Below, one piece after another: positions 1-10,014 of a DNA stretch of 64,000 nucleotides. Under the pieces are notes generated by a model. That model worked only from the letters and a program-made list of their open reading frames with translations, was not told the origin of the DNA and searched no databases. Each line of letters begins with the position of its first letter. Position 1 is the stretch's first letter. Source of the stretch: Candidatus Cloacimonadota bacterium (GTDB taxonomy: Bacteria > Cloacimonadota > Cloacimonadia > G963667145); contig OY781092.1 of assembly GCA_963676615.1 (NCBI GenBank), positions 1,088,001 through 1,152,000 on the forward strand, given 5' to 3'. Made by a program: the position numbers and the translations under genes.

Positions 1-1673
1 TCCAATGGGGCAAAGCTAAATGAAAAAATTCCTTTCTTTGCCCATTGTACATTTTTAATCATATTATTAGTTGATTTCCCAAACATCCGTTCTGGTCTAA
101 AATAACTTACTCCTATTTGCTTAAACCCAACCCAGGCTCTCAACCCTCGTAAAAATTGTTCTTTCTCAGGAAGATTTAATATTTCGTTAACAACCTTTCT
201 ATCTATTAAAGAAAAATCACCTGCATCCACTGGTATTTTTATGTAAGCCAAACTTTTAAAAATTCTATAAAACATCTTATAAAATATATTCATAAAAAAC
301 GAAGCTTCTCGTTTTTTGCGCACCCCATATACTACATCATTGCCTTCAAGCCATTTGGAATGAAATTTTTCTATTATTTCTGGCGGATCTTGCAAATCTC
401 CGTCCATTAATACAACAGCATCACCAGACGCTATTCCCATACCACTCAAAAAAGAAGCTTGTGAACCAAAATTTCTTGAATGAGTTATTGCCACGACATT
501 TAAATCATCAACACAAATTTTATCCAAAACTCTTTGAGTATTATCAGGCGAACAATCGTTAACAAATACAATTTCGTAATTGCAACCAATTTTTTTAAAT
601 GTCTTCACTAATCGTTCATACATAATTAGAATAGCCTGTTCATCCTTATAACAAGCTATAATTGGAGAAATTTTTAAAGTTTTTTTGGGCTGAGTAAAAC
701 AATCTAACACTTTTTTATAACCAACACTATTTTGCCAATTCATAGTGTCCTTAATTCCTTGTTTTAAAGAAATTTTTACTTCCCAATTCAATATTTGCTT
801 TGCACTCTCTACTTCACCGTACCAATCGCTCAAATCCCAGTTTCTATTTTGCATACTACCAAATTTAGCTGGTTCTGAAATATTAAATATTTCTGCAATA
901 TAACCCGTAAGCTCTTTTATCGTTGTCCTAATTCCAGATGCTATATTAACACTCTTGCCATAATTTTTTTCATCTACATTGTTAGCTGCACAAAAAAATG
1001 CATTTAAACAGTCATCAATATGAACAAAATCTCTGCTTATCTCGGGATTTACCAATTGTGGATACTTAGCTTTTCTAGCGTTTTCAATTAACTTAGGGAA
1101 TAATCTATCAGGCTCTTCCCATCTTCCATAAATCGAATACAGTCTCAAATTTACACATGGAATTTTTTTATACTTTGCATAATAATCTATCAAATATGAA
1201 GTTGACAATTTGGAAACTGAATAAAAACTATTAGGCTCAAAAGGTCCCTCTACAGAAGGCTGTGTGCAGTTCTCTCCATACTCAGAGCTACTCCCTGCAT
1301 TTATAAACATCTTAATATCACGACATGATTCTAAAATATTTAAAGTTCCTATAAGGTTAGTTTGAAAAATCAATGAAGTGTCTTGTTGCTTTGAATATCC
1401 ACCATAAGCAGAAAGGTTAAATATAGTTTTTGGACGATATTTCTCAAAAAGTTTTCCAACCGACCTCTTATAAGTTATATCACAATATAGAATATTTTCT
1501 TTGAGAGTATTCAATAATTTTAATCTCCAAGCGTTTCTTATATTATGAGATATTGCATAACAATCTTTTCGATACTTTAATATCTCTGCAAATAAATTTG
1601 CACCTATAAAACCGCTGCCACCAAATATAAATATTGGACCTTCTATTTTCCCTATTTTTTCTTTTAAATCCAT
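1..1673 (-). CDS. Fusion of NAD-dependent epimerase/dehydratase (SDR) and GtrB/ArnC-like GT2 glycosyltransferase; runs off window start (not in ORF track)
   Basis: Hand translation from ATG 1673: MDLKEKIGKIEGPIFIFGGSGFIGAN (Rossmann), later YSVSK. It continues in frame through QPKKTLKISPIIACYKDE...FVNDCSPD...HSRNFG...MDGDLQDPP, the polyprenol-phosphate GT2 signature. Confidence 0.85.
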   Translation of the reverse strand, partial: MDLKEKIGKIEGPIFIFGGSGFIGANLFAEILKYRKDCYAISHNIRNAWRLKLLNTLKENILYCDITYKRSVGKLFEKYRPKTIFNLSAYGGYSKQQDTSLIFQTNLIGTLNILESCRDIKMFINAGSSSEYGENCTQPSVEGPFEPNSFYSVSKLSTSYLIDYYAKYKKIPCVNLRLYSIYGRWEEPDRLFPKLIENARKAKYPQLVNPEISRDFVHIDDCLNAFFCAANNVDEKNYGKSVNIASGIRTTIKELTGYIAEIFNISEPAKFGSMQNRNWDLSDWYGEVESAKQILNWEVKISLKQGIKDTMNWQNSVGYKKVLDCFTQPKKTLKISPIIACYKDEQAILIMYERLVKTFKKIGCNYEIVFVNDCSPDNTQRVLDKICVDDLNVVAITHSRNFGSQASFLSGMGIASGDAVVLMDGDLQDPPEIIEKFHSKWLEGNDVVYGVRKKREASFFMNIFYKMFYRIFKSLAYIKIPVDAGDFSLIDRKVVNEILNLPEKEQFLRGLRAWVGFKQIGVSYFRPERMFGKSTNNMIKNVQWAKKGIFSFSFAPL

Positions 1674-2554
1674 TCTTGCACCAATTTAGATATATTATTT
1701 GTATCAAGCCCATTTACTCTTTGATGATATTTCTGACTGCCATATTTATAGTTTTGATAACCTTCTGAAGCCAGACTTTTAAATTTAGCCAATGCAATGC
1801 CTTCTTCCAGTAGTTTTAATGCAATATATTCTGCAACTCCTCCCTTTCTAACATGCTCCTCTACTACCAATAGTTTTTTTGATAGAGCTAAGCTATTTTT
1901 TAATTCTTTAGTTATTTCAAAAGGAATTTTATTTATTATAAAAACATCAATATCATCAAATGTTCCAACAGCATCAATAACATTTTGAACAATAGGACCA
2001 AGAGCAATAATAGTTACTTTAGGTCTTTTAAATTTTTCCAACACCCCCAATCCTAAATTAACTCTCCTGTCATTAAAATTATAACCTAACCTTAAATAAG
2101 AAGGCGATTTATGTTCTAAAAAGCTATCAATTGCATTGCAAACATCATTATTAAAAGCTGGAATATATGCTGTCATATTTGGCAAAGAACAAATTGAAGC
2201 CAAATCTTCTATGGCATGATGAGTTGGTCCCATTATCCCATAACCATATCCTCCACCATTTCCCACAATGCAGACAGGAAGATTATGAAGACAACAATCA
2301 ATCTTAATCTGCTCTAAAACTCTAAATGTAACAAATGGGGCAATACTATAACAAAAAACCTTATACCCTTTACTCGCTAAACCCGCAGCAACGCCAATCA
2401 TATTTTGTTCTGCGACACCACAATTAATAAATCTATAGCCAAGATATTCCCTAATTTCTTCAAGAGCATTAAACCCCAAATCACCCGTCAACAAGACTAT
2501 ATCATCTTGTTTTTTCACTTTTTCTAATAGATACTTTGAAAATTCCTTACGCAT
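1664..2554 (-). CDS. Transketolase, C-terminal (pyrimidine-binding) subunit
   Basis: TGDLGF, NCGVAEQNMIGVAAGLA, GPTHH, YLRLG and VEEH motifs; start moved to ATG 2554. Confidence 0.9.
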   Translation of the reverse strand: MRKEFSKYLLEKVKKQDDIVLLTGDLGFNALEEIREYLGYRFINCGVAEQNMIGVAAGLASKGYKVFCYSIAPFVTFRVLEQIKIDCCLHNLPVCIVGNGGGYGYGIMGPTHHAIEDLASICSLPNMTAYIPAFNNDVCNAIDSFLEHKSPSYLRLGYNFNDRRVNLGLGVLEKFKRPKVTIIALGPIVQNVIDAVGTFDDIDVFIINKIPFEITKELKNSLALSKKLLVVEEHVRKGGVAEYIALKLLEEGIALAKFKSLASEGYQNYKYGSQKYHQRVNGLDTNNISKLVQEWI

Positions 2555-3317
2555 AATAACCAAGATTTTCAATAGCAATTTTATAATGTTCTTCTGTCAT
2601 TGGCAAATAATGCCAGTCAATTTTATTTTCCATAAACGAAACACCTTTTCCCTTAATTGTGTTTCCAATTATTAACTTTGGCCTTTTATTGTTCAAATCG
2701 AAATTCTTAACACTTTCTTCAATTTCAGATTGACAATTGCCATCAATCTCCAAAACATCAAAACCAATATTCTCCCATTTAATTTTACTTGCTGTGTCTC
2801 CCAAGACATCTTCAATTTTTCCAAAAGCCTGAATTTTATTTTTGTCTATAAAAACAATTAATTTATCCAACCTATTCGCTACTGCAAAATGTGCTGCCTC
2901 CCATGTTGTCCCCTCATTCGTCTCCCCATCAGAGATGATTACAAAAGTTCGCAAATCGTTACATTCAAGTTTATTTGCATAAGCTACTCCACAGGAAATT
3001 GGCAACCCATGCCCCAAAGAGCCTAAACCAAAAGGGATATCTTCTCTAAAATAAAAAGAAGATGGATGAGCTGGCAATTTAGTCCCGTCTTTATAAAAAG
3101 TTAAAAGCTCTTCATCTGAAATTTTTCCAATTTCATTTAAACAAACATATAAGGCCAAAGCAGCATGCCCCTTGGAAAGTATTACTTGTTCACCTTTCCC
3201 TCTCAACTTTGAATAACAAATATACAACATATCTATAACACTCAAACATCCTCCAATATGACCTGTTTTCGTTTGATATGCTATATCTAATATTTTTTTT
3301 CTTAATTTTATATTCAT
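2547..3317 (-). CDS. Transketolase, N-terminal (TPP-binding) subunit
   Basis: GHIGGCLS, LSKGHAA, GSLGHG, SDGETNEG (TPP motif), TIKGKGVSFMEN. Confidence 0.9.
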   Translation of the reverse strand: MNIKLRKKILDIAYQTKTGHIGGCLSVIDMLYICYSKLRGKGEQVILSKGHAALALYVCLNEIGKISDEELLTFYKDGTKLPAHPSSFYFREDIPFGLGSLGHGLPISCGVAYANKLECNDLRTFVIISDGETNEGTTWEAAHFAVANRLDKLIVFIDKNKIQAFGKIEDVLGDTASKIKWENIGFDVLEIDGNCQSEIEESVKNFDLNNKRPKLIIGNTIKGKGVSFMENKIDWHYLPMTEEHYKIAIENLGYYA

Positions 3318-3335
3318 AAATGCAACCTTAAAGTT

Positions 3336-4874
3336 TTATTCAAATAGACTCACCAACATATGTTTACTTTCAGAATTAATAAAATTTTTAAGCTTTTTAT
3401 ATAGTAATTGCTCATCAAGAGAAACAGTGTTATAAATCAAAATTTGTTCATAAAAACTATTATAATCAAATTCTCGACCTAGATAAAATCTCTGACCGCC
3501 AATCTCTAAGTCATCACTATAATTATCTTGCAAAACAAAATCGTGATAGATAACTTTATTCGCCATATCTTTTTGTTTTTCGGTTAACTTTGGTAAACGA
3601 CCAACGCTATTTTTTAGTAAGCCCTCATAATCTTCCACACTATTCGGTTCAATAGTAAACCCAAAACCACTATAGGGAGCCTTAGCTGCCAAAACAACAG
3701 GTTTGCCCATATATGCGAATTCTAAGCCGATAGTCCCGCCACAAGTCACCACAACATCTACATCATTCATAATAGTAAGCGAATGAACATTATTTTTTAG
3801 CAACCGTTCTTCACAACCAAAACTTTTCAATATATTTTTTATAACACCATCCTCTTTATACAAGCTTGCCGAAGGATGTTCTTTAATTACAAAATTAATA
3901 TCTTTATTTTGAAGTAAACTTTCTACACTCTTACAAAACCATTGATAGTAATCTTTATAAATAAGTTCGGGATAGCCGTGTGGTGCATCACAAAATATAT
4001 GAGCCATCAAAGCAACAATCGGCTTATCTGTAGATAATTGATACTCGTTTTCTAATTCCTTCCTAGTTAACACTCTTTTGTCCCCAGAAAAAGCTTTTAT
4101 CACATCATGCTGTTCCATATCAGCGCGAAATCTTTTCCCAAAATAATTATGAATATATTTTTCAACTATTTTAGAGTCCAATTTATTTAAATAGCTCACT
4201 TCTGGCTTTCGACAATGCATATCAAAATCGTCTCCGCTCAAATATTTTCGCATAGAAAACCCGTTTAAGTTTACAGGAGTAACACACTCTATACCAAAAA
4301 ATTTAGCCAGTTCAAATAAAAGCCCATAACGATAGACATTATCCCCTACAACTATCATCTTCACATTTTTTTTTGTTATTAGTGCTTTAAAAAAGAAAAA
4401 ATAGTTGAGTTCCATCAATACTCTAATTCTAAATTTCCAATTAAGCTTATCCAAGGTCGGAATTCTGTTTTGTGCTAGCAGATGATCATAAATATACTCA
4501 CCGACCTTACAATCACCTATCCACAGGCTCAATAATTCATCTCCATTTTTTATATTCAAACCATGTTTCAATATAAAAAATAAATCTCTACAAAAACTTA
4601 ATAAAAAATCAACTTTGCAACCTATAATATTGGGATTCATGGATTTAATAAATTTGATAGATTCTTCATTTTTTTTCAAAATCCTAATCCCAAGAGGAGT
4701 CAATTTTTTCAAACTAGCAATTATCAAAGCTACTTTACCTATACCATACAATAAAGAAATATCTGAATAAAAACATTCGTACAGAAGTGTTCCTTGACTA
4801 TTTTTACGAGTATTAACATTTATCCAAAATTTTTTATTACTTTCTAACACTTTTTTAAACAAGCTTTTCTCCAC
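3336..4874 (-). CDS. Capsule polysaccharide biosynthesis protein, GT-B/KpsS-like; candidate nonulosonate transferase
   Basis: C-terminal IKEHP and VVTCGGTIGLE..YMGKPV motifs; GTG 4874 has a GAGGG RBS. Confidence 0.55.
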   Translation of the reverse strand: MEKSLFKKVLESNKKFWINVNTRKNSQGTLLYECFYSDISLLYGIGKVALIIASLKKLTPLGIRILKKNEESIKFIKSMNPNIIGCKVDFLLSFCRDLFFILKHGLNIKNGDELLSLWIGDCKVGEYIYDHLLAQNRIPTLDKLNWKFRIRVLMELNYFFFFKALITKKNVKMIVVGDNVYRYGLLFELAKFFGIECVTPVNLNGFSMRKYLSGDDFDMHCRKPEVSYLNKLDSKIVEKYIHNYFGKRFRADMEQHDVIKAFSGDKRVLTRKELENEYQLSTDKPIVALMAHIFCDAPHGYPELIYKDYYQWFCKSVESLLQNKDINFVIKEHPSASLYKEDGVIKNILKSFGCEERLLKNNVHSLTIMNDVDVVVTCGGTIGLEFAYMGKPVVLAAKAPYSGFGFTIEPNSVEDYEGLLKNSVGRLPKLTEKQKDMANKVIYHDFVLQDNYSDDLEIGGQRFYLGREFDYNSFYEQILIYNTVSLDEQLLYKKLKNFINSESKHMLVSLFE

Positions 4875-6069
4875 TGTGTCCCTCAAACCAATTTAATCTA
4901 AATCTAACATAATACCAATTACAAATCATACCTACAGCAAAAGCAAACAAAGTTGCTAAAGCCGCTCCCATAATTCCCCATCTAGGAATCGCAAAATAAT
5001 TTATAAGCACATTGCAAATCCCCGCAATTCCCACTAGCAAAGTATAAAATTTATACTTATTTTCAAATATAAGAATCCCATTAAAAAGTTTCCAAATCCC
5101 ATCCAAACAGTAGCCAAACGAGACAATAACAGCAATCAAACCAGCTGCTGCAAATTTTTCATCTATAAATAATTGTACATAAAAATATGAAGCAATAGAA
5201 GAAAAAAAAGTCAAAATCAACAAAAATCCTGAAATTTTTAAAATTGTTTTTTTTACTTGCTTCCTATTAGCAGAATTTTCTACTAAGAAAGGAAGCCAAG
5301 TTTTTGAGACCGCACATTGAATAAATAAAACAACCATTCCAAACTTATAGCCAACTCCATAAACTCCAAGATCTTCTACAGAAATCATATCAGATATCAT
5401 AAATCGATCTATTTTTTCTAATCCCCAAGAAAGAACAAGCCCTACGGCTATTGGCAAACCAATTCTGTAAAACTCTTTTATTGAAACCAAAAAAGAGAAA
5501 CAAGATGTCATTTTTTTGTTATCAAAATCATAAAATAAAACAAGTAAAATCAGAAAAGCGATCACTATTGGAGCAAGGATTCTACCATAAACGCTGCCCG
5601 AATAATATACCCACACAATGCCCAAGGCAGCGCTTAAAAAAGCAGAAATGGAGGTAAAACAAGCATACTTTAGCGCTTGTTTTTCCAACTGCAAAGCTGT
5701 TAAAAAAATACTCGAAAAAGAACTAATACTTGAAAAGATTATTATCAAAAAAAGTAAAGTTCTATCTATAGCAAAAAAATCATAAATATAAAAAGATGCC
5801 AAAAATAAAAACAAACAGGTTTGTACCAATATTCCCCTAAAGGCATTAACAAACTCTTGCTTCTCATCTTTCTCTGAATAATAATTAACCAGCGGGACAC
5901 TAGAACCCCACATTATAAAAACTGTAAATAGAGAAAAAAGAGCCGTAAAATTTTCAACAATTCCGAAATCAGTTTTCGAAAGCATATAGGTCAAAACAGT
6001 TACCGACAAAAAAGAAAATCCAGAAATAGCTACCGCTGCTCCTGAATAAATAAAAAGATTTTTTCTCAA
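4855..6069 (-). CDS. wzx: Wzx-type oligosaccharide flippase
   Basis: Multi-TM 404 aa; DRFMI, LGVYGVGYK, IPRWGIMGAALAT motifs. Confidence 0.85.
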   Translation of the reverse strand: MRKNLFIYSGAAVAISGFSFLSVTVLTYMLSKTDFGIVENFTALFSLFTVFIMWGSSVPLVNYYSEKDEKQEFVNAFRGILVQTCLFLFLASFYIYDFFAIDRTLLFLIIIFSSISSFSSIFLTALQLEKQALKYACFTSISAFLSAALGIVWVYYSGSVYGRILAPIVIAFLILLVLFYDFDNKKMTSCFSFLVSIKEFYRIGLPIAVGLVLSWGLEKIDRFMISDMISVEDLGVYGVGYKFGMVVLFIQCAVSKTWLPFLVENSANRKQVKKTILKISGFLLILTFFSSIASYFYVQLFIDEKFAAAGLIAVIVSFGYCLDGIWKLFNGILIFENKYKFYTLLVGIAGICNVLINYFAIPRWGIMGAALATLFAFAVGMICNWYYVRFRLNWFEGHSGEKLV

Positions 6070-6084
6070 AATGTGCCCCAGCTT

Positions 6085-6717
6085 TTAAATCTTTTTCATA
6101 TCAAAACACTCTTCCTTCCAATCGCCTTTATAGGTTTTAGGAATACGCCAATCTTTACCATATCGCATTTCAAGCCATGGCTCAATAGGAGTAGGAATAA
6201 AATATTCTTTGTTTTGGAAACTCAATTTACCCAATTTTTCAAAAAACTTTAATTCTTGACATCTTTCAAAATCTCTTTCCGAATAATTATAGATTTTATC
6301 ATTTTTTTTATGCCAAAATAAAATATCAAAAATAATTTTATCCTGAGTATAATAAACAAGCTGCTGAATTTTACCCTTATATATAGCTTTTCTGCCTAAA
6401 GTCATACCTTTTTTCTTAAATGACTTATCTATTTCTTTCCATTTATCGACTCCTAAAACATCAACATCTATGTCGTTATCATGAGAAATAAACTTTCCTT
6501 CCCTATAAAGCCCCAAAATTGTCCCATCAGTAATACGATATTTAACATCTAACTCTTCCAATAAAGTACAAAATTTTGCCATTATTTTATCGCCACCTTC
6601 CGGCATAGGCTTATTTGCGTCAAATGGGAAACAATGATACTCAACAAAATCTTTTTTTAGTAACCAATCTCGATAATAGCAAAGTTTATTTTTACAAAAT
6701 CTGAAAAAAAATCTCAT
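6085..6717 (-). CDS. licD: LicD-family phospho-alcohol transferase
   Basis: GTILGLYREGKFISHDNDIDV and YGKDWRIP motifs; ATG overlaps upstream TGA (ATGA). Confidence 0.8.
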   Translation of the reverse strand: MRFFFRFCKNKLCYYRDWLLKKDFVEYHCFPFDANKPMPEGGDKIMAKFCTLLEELDVKYRITDGTILGLYREGKFISHDNDIDVDVLGVDKWKEIDKSFKKKGMTLGRKAIYKGKIQQLVYYTQDKIIFDILFWHKKNDKIYNYSERDFERCQELKFFEKLGKLSFQNKEYFIPTPIEPWLEMRYGKDWRIPKTYKGDWKEECFDMKKI

Positions 6718-8516
6718 TTTACTTCTCTCAAACATTGTATTAAAAAATTATTATCTTTTCTGTCACGGACAGCAATTCTAATATAATTTTTATCATCAAA
6801 AGCCAATTTACCCGTGCAATCTTTAAGCAAAATATTAAACTTTTTCATCATAATATTAGTTAGCTCTGTGGCTGTTATCTCACTCACTTCACAGAGAAAA
6901 TAATTTGCTTGAGAATAAATAGGCCTCAAAAATGAAATTTTACTCAACTCACTAAAGAAGTTATCTCGCTCTTGAGATATTGCCACACAAGCGTTCTTAT
7001 ATTTTTTTTCATATTTGCCAAAAATTTGTAAAAAAAATTCTCCAAAAGAATTAATATTCCATATAGACAACTTCGATTTTACCTCTTTTATTTTTTCAAC
7101 ATTTGAGCTAGCCATCACCCCCAGCCGAACACCAGGAACACCATAGCTCTTTGAGATACTCTTCACAATTACCAAATTTTTAAACTTATCCAAAATATCT
7201 TGATTTATAAGGCTATTTTTATCATTTTCAGAAGAAAAATCTACAAAGCTCTCATCCAAAATAAGAGTTTTATTTTCATTTTTTAAATAATCTAAAAAAC
7301 ACAAAACATCTTCTTTAGGTATAAAATTTCCGCTTGGATTATCAGGATTGATAAGCAAAAGGACATCTACATTTCTACTAAATTTTTTCAAATCATCAAC
7401 AGAATAAGAAAAATCTTTATTTTTCACAGCAAAAGTTTTCAATCTACTTTTAGGAATTCTGGCAATATACTCATAAAAAGTAGGAGTTATCACGCCAATA
7501 ATTTTATCCCCAAAACTGCTCATTAGACAATTGATAAGTTCAGCAGCGCCATTGCCAACTATAATGTTTTCCCTACTACAATCAAACATTTTCGATGCCA
7601 AGATTTCTTGGACATGCCCTGTAGACGGGTAATCGTGTAACAAATTTTCAAAATACGCTTGATACTCTCTAACCATCCTTTTGGGCGGAAAATATGGGTT
7701 AACTAAATAACAAAAATCTTTTAGCTGTGGGAACCTCCAATATCCACCAAACCTTTGCTGATAACTCTTAACATTTTCAGAAAATAAAGTTTCTGCATTA
7801 TGCAAATCTTGCTTATCATCAATCTCATACCATTTGGCATTGCCATCTAAAATTACTGCATTCAATTTTTGATTACTAAGAAAAGCCAAAACTTTCAGCA
7901 CATTTTCATAATATTCGTTATGACCCACAGACTTGCAATAAGCTTCCAAAAAAGGGACATAATGTTTTTTGGAAAACTCTTTAGAAAACCGGTAAATATT
8001 TACCGTCTTATAGCAATTATCTTTATTAGAAAAATCAAAATCTTCTTTAGAAATAAATTTAGTAATTTCATTCTTTTTATTTAACTCTACCACTGTCCCA
8101 TCCATCCAAGATTGATACTTATCTACTACTACAACATTATCTTTTTCAGGAAAACTTAACGCAGCCTTTATTATTCCTTCATCAAAAATCAAATCACTCT
8201 CAACTAATAAACTATCATCTTGCTCTAAATATTTTTTAGCCAAATACAACGAATAAATATTGTTAGTATCCTCATAAATAGAGTTTTCTACATAAGCAAT
8301 TGGGACACCATTATAAGTATCCCCCAAATAATTTTTAAGCCCTGCTGCTTGATATCCAACAACCAATACAATTCTTTCAATTTTAAGTTTTGCCAAAACA
8401 TCAAGAGACCTATTTATAAGAGGTCTACCGTTCACCTCTACCATGCACTTTGTTTTATTTTGAGTAAGCTCTCCCAATCTATTACCCATACCTGCTGCCA
8501 AAATAATTACCTGCAC
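6714..8516 (-). CDS. Fusion of LicC/PntC-like cytidylyltransferase and class I/II PLP enzyme (CobD/HisC-like)
   Basis: N-half ILAAGMGNRL, TNNIYSL, WYEIDDKQDL; C-half NGAAELI, NPDNPSG, DESFVDF, KSISKSYGVPGVRLG. Confidence 0.85.
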   Translation of the reverse strand: MQVIILAAGMGNRLGELTQNKTKCMVEVNGRPLINRSLDVLAKLKIERIVLVVGYQAAGLKNYLGDTYNGVPIAYVENSIYEDTNNIYSLYLAKKYLEQDDSLLVESDLIFDEGIIKAALSFPEKDNVVVVDKYQSWMDGTVVELNKKNEITKFISKEDFDFSNKDNCYKTVNIYRFSKEFSKKHYVPFLEAYCKSVGHNEYYENVLKVLAFLSNQKLNAVILDGNAKWYEIDDKQDLHNAETLFSENVKSYQQRFGGYWRFPQLKDFCYLVNPYFPPKRMVREYQAYFENLLHDYPSTGHVQEILASKMFDCSRENIIVGNGAAELINCLMSSFGDKIIGVITPTFYEYIARIPKSRLKTFAVKNKDFSYSVDDLKKFSRNVDVLLLINPDNPSGNFIPKEDVLCFLDYLKNENKTLILDESFVDFSSENDKNSLINQDILDKFKNLVIVKSISKSYGVPGVRLGVMASSNVEKIKEVKSKLSIWNINSFGEFFLQIFGKYEKKYKNACVAISQERDNFFSELSKISFLRPIYSQANYFLCEVSEITATELTNIMMKKFNILLKDCTGKLAFDDKNYIRIAVRDRKDNNFLIQCLREVK

Positions 8517-8537
8517 GATTTATCCTTGATACCCAAT

Positions 8538-9560
8538 TTATTTTTCAACCCTATCCCCCAGTTCATAGTTTCTTTTCGCTTTTTTTCCTATAATATCTTT
8601 TAAATATTTAGGATGCATACCATACCCTGGTCTTACACTTCTAATATTTTCATTGGTGAAAATTTCGCCTTTTTTGATATCTTTGGCAACATACAAACTT
8701 CTGGAAAACCTTCGATTATTTTTTATACTTTCATTTAAAGAGTAATCAACTTTGCCCAAAAGTTTTTCTGCATCTCTAATATCCTTAACATATTTTGCAA
8801 ACTCCTCTCTATCTGCACTAAATTCTGCATCTGGTCCACCGATAGACCTATCCAAAATAAAATGCTTCTCAATAACTCTGGCTCCCAAACTAACCGCAAC
8901 AATGGCTGCTGTAGATCCTATAGTATGATCAGAAAACCCGCTAAACACTCCAAAAGTTTGTGCCAAATTAGGTATCATCCGCAAATTAGCACTTTCCAAA
9001 GGCGCTGGATAAGCAGAAGTGCATTTTAAAAGAATAATATCGTTATTATTTTCTTCATGGCAAATATCCACCACTTCTTGTATCTCTTGAATAGTGGCAA
9101 CTCCTGTAGAAATTATGATAGGTTTCCCTTTTGATGCGGTATATCTTATCAGTTCATAATCTGTGACTTCAAAAGAGGCTATTTTATAGGCACAAGGATT
9201 AAATTGTTCTAAAAAATCAACTGCAGTTTTGTCAAAAGGCGAAGAAAAAATATCGATTCCAATTTTTCTAGCATATGCAAACAGCTCTTCGTGCCATTTC
9301 CAAGGAGTATGTGCTTCCTCATACAATTCATAAAGAGACTTACCGTCCCACAAAGTCCCACCTTTGACCATAAAATCGTCTTTGTCACAATTTAAAGTCA
9401 TAGTGTCGGCTGTATAAGTTTGAATTTTTATTGCATCCGCTCCTATTTCTTTAGCCACTTTAATTGTTTCTTTTGCAACTTTCAAACTACCATTATGATT
9501 AGCACTAAGTTCTGCGACTATATAAACCTTTTGTATCAAATCAAAATTATTAACTTTCAT
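8538..9560 (-). CDS. pseI: Pseudaminic acid synthase
   Basis: AELSANHNGS, KIQTYTADT, KIASFE, SDHT, IEKHF, C-terminal SAF domain; pse context. Confidence 0.9.
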   Translation of the reverse strand: MKVNNFDLIQKVYIVAELSANHNGSLKVAKETIKVAKEIGADAIKIQTYTADTMTLNCDKDDFMVKGGTLWDGKSLYELYEEAHTPWKWHEELFAYARKIGIDIFSSPFDKTAVDFLEQFNPCAYKIASFEVTDYELIRYTASKGKPIIISTGVATIQEIQEVVDICHEENNNDIILLKCTSAYPAPLESANLRMIPNLAQTFGVFSGFSDHTIGSTAAIVAVSLGARVIEKHFILDRSIGGPDAEFSADREEFAKYVKDIRDAEKLLGKVDYSLNESIKNNRRFSRSLYVAKDIKKGEIFTNENIRSVRPGYGMHPKYLKDIIGKKAKRNYELGDRVEK

Positions 9561-10014
9561 TTTTTAATTCCATAATCAAAAAATCTTTGTTATCATCAAT
9601 AACAAAAAAATTAAATCTTTTGTAAAGATTAATTGCTTTTATGTTATTTTTATAAACTTCAGCCAATAGTCGTTCTTTGTTTAATTCTTTAAATGCAAAA
9701 TTAATAATTTCTTTTAGCAATATATCACCAACACCTTTAATATTAGGATTGGAATATAACCCTAAATCACAAACATTGCTATTATTTTTAATATTTGTAA
9801 AATATATCACACCAATAGGATTTTCAGATTTAAATACTAAAAAATACTTTTCACTTTTACTATTTCTCAATTTATCAATAAAACCTAAATGATTTTCTTT
9901 CTTTATAATATCAGAAGTAAACATACATTTTCTAACAGATATATCATTTCTCCAATCAAGAACCATAAGTTTTTCTTTGTAAGTTAAGTCACAAAAATCT
10001 TTCAACTTTATCAT
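9550..10014 (-). CDS. pseH: PseH-type GNAT N-acetyltransferase
   Basis: VLDWRND, HLGFI, GLYSNP, AINLYKRF; adjacent to pseI. Confidence 0.8.
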   Translation of the reverse strand: MIKLKDFCDLTYKEKLMVLDWRNDISVRKCMFTSDIIKKENHLGFIDKLRNSKSEKYFLVFKSENPIGVIYFTNIKNNSNVCDLGLYSNPNIKGVGDILLKEIINFAFKELNKERLLAEVYKNNIKAINLYKRFNFFVIDDNKDFLIMELKNES

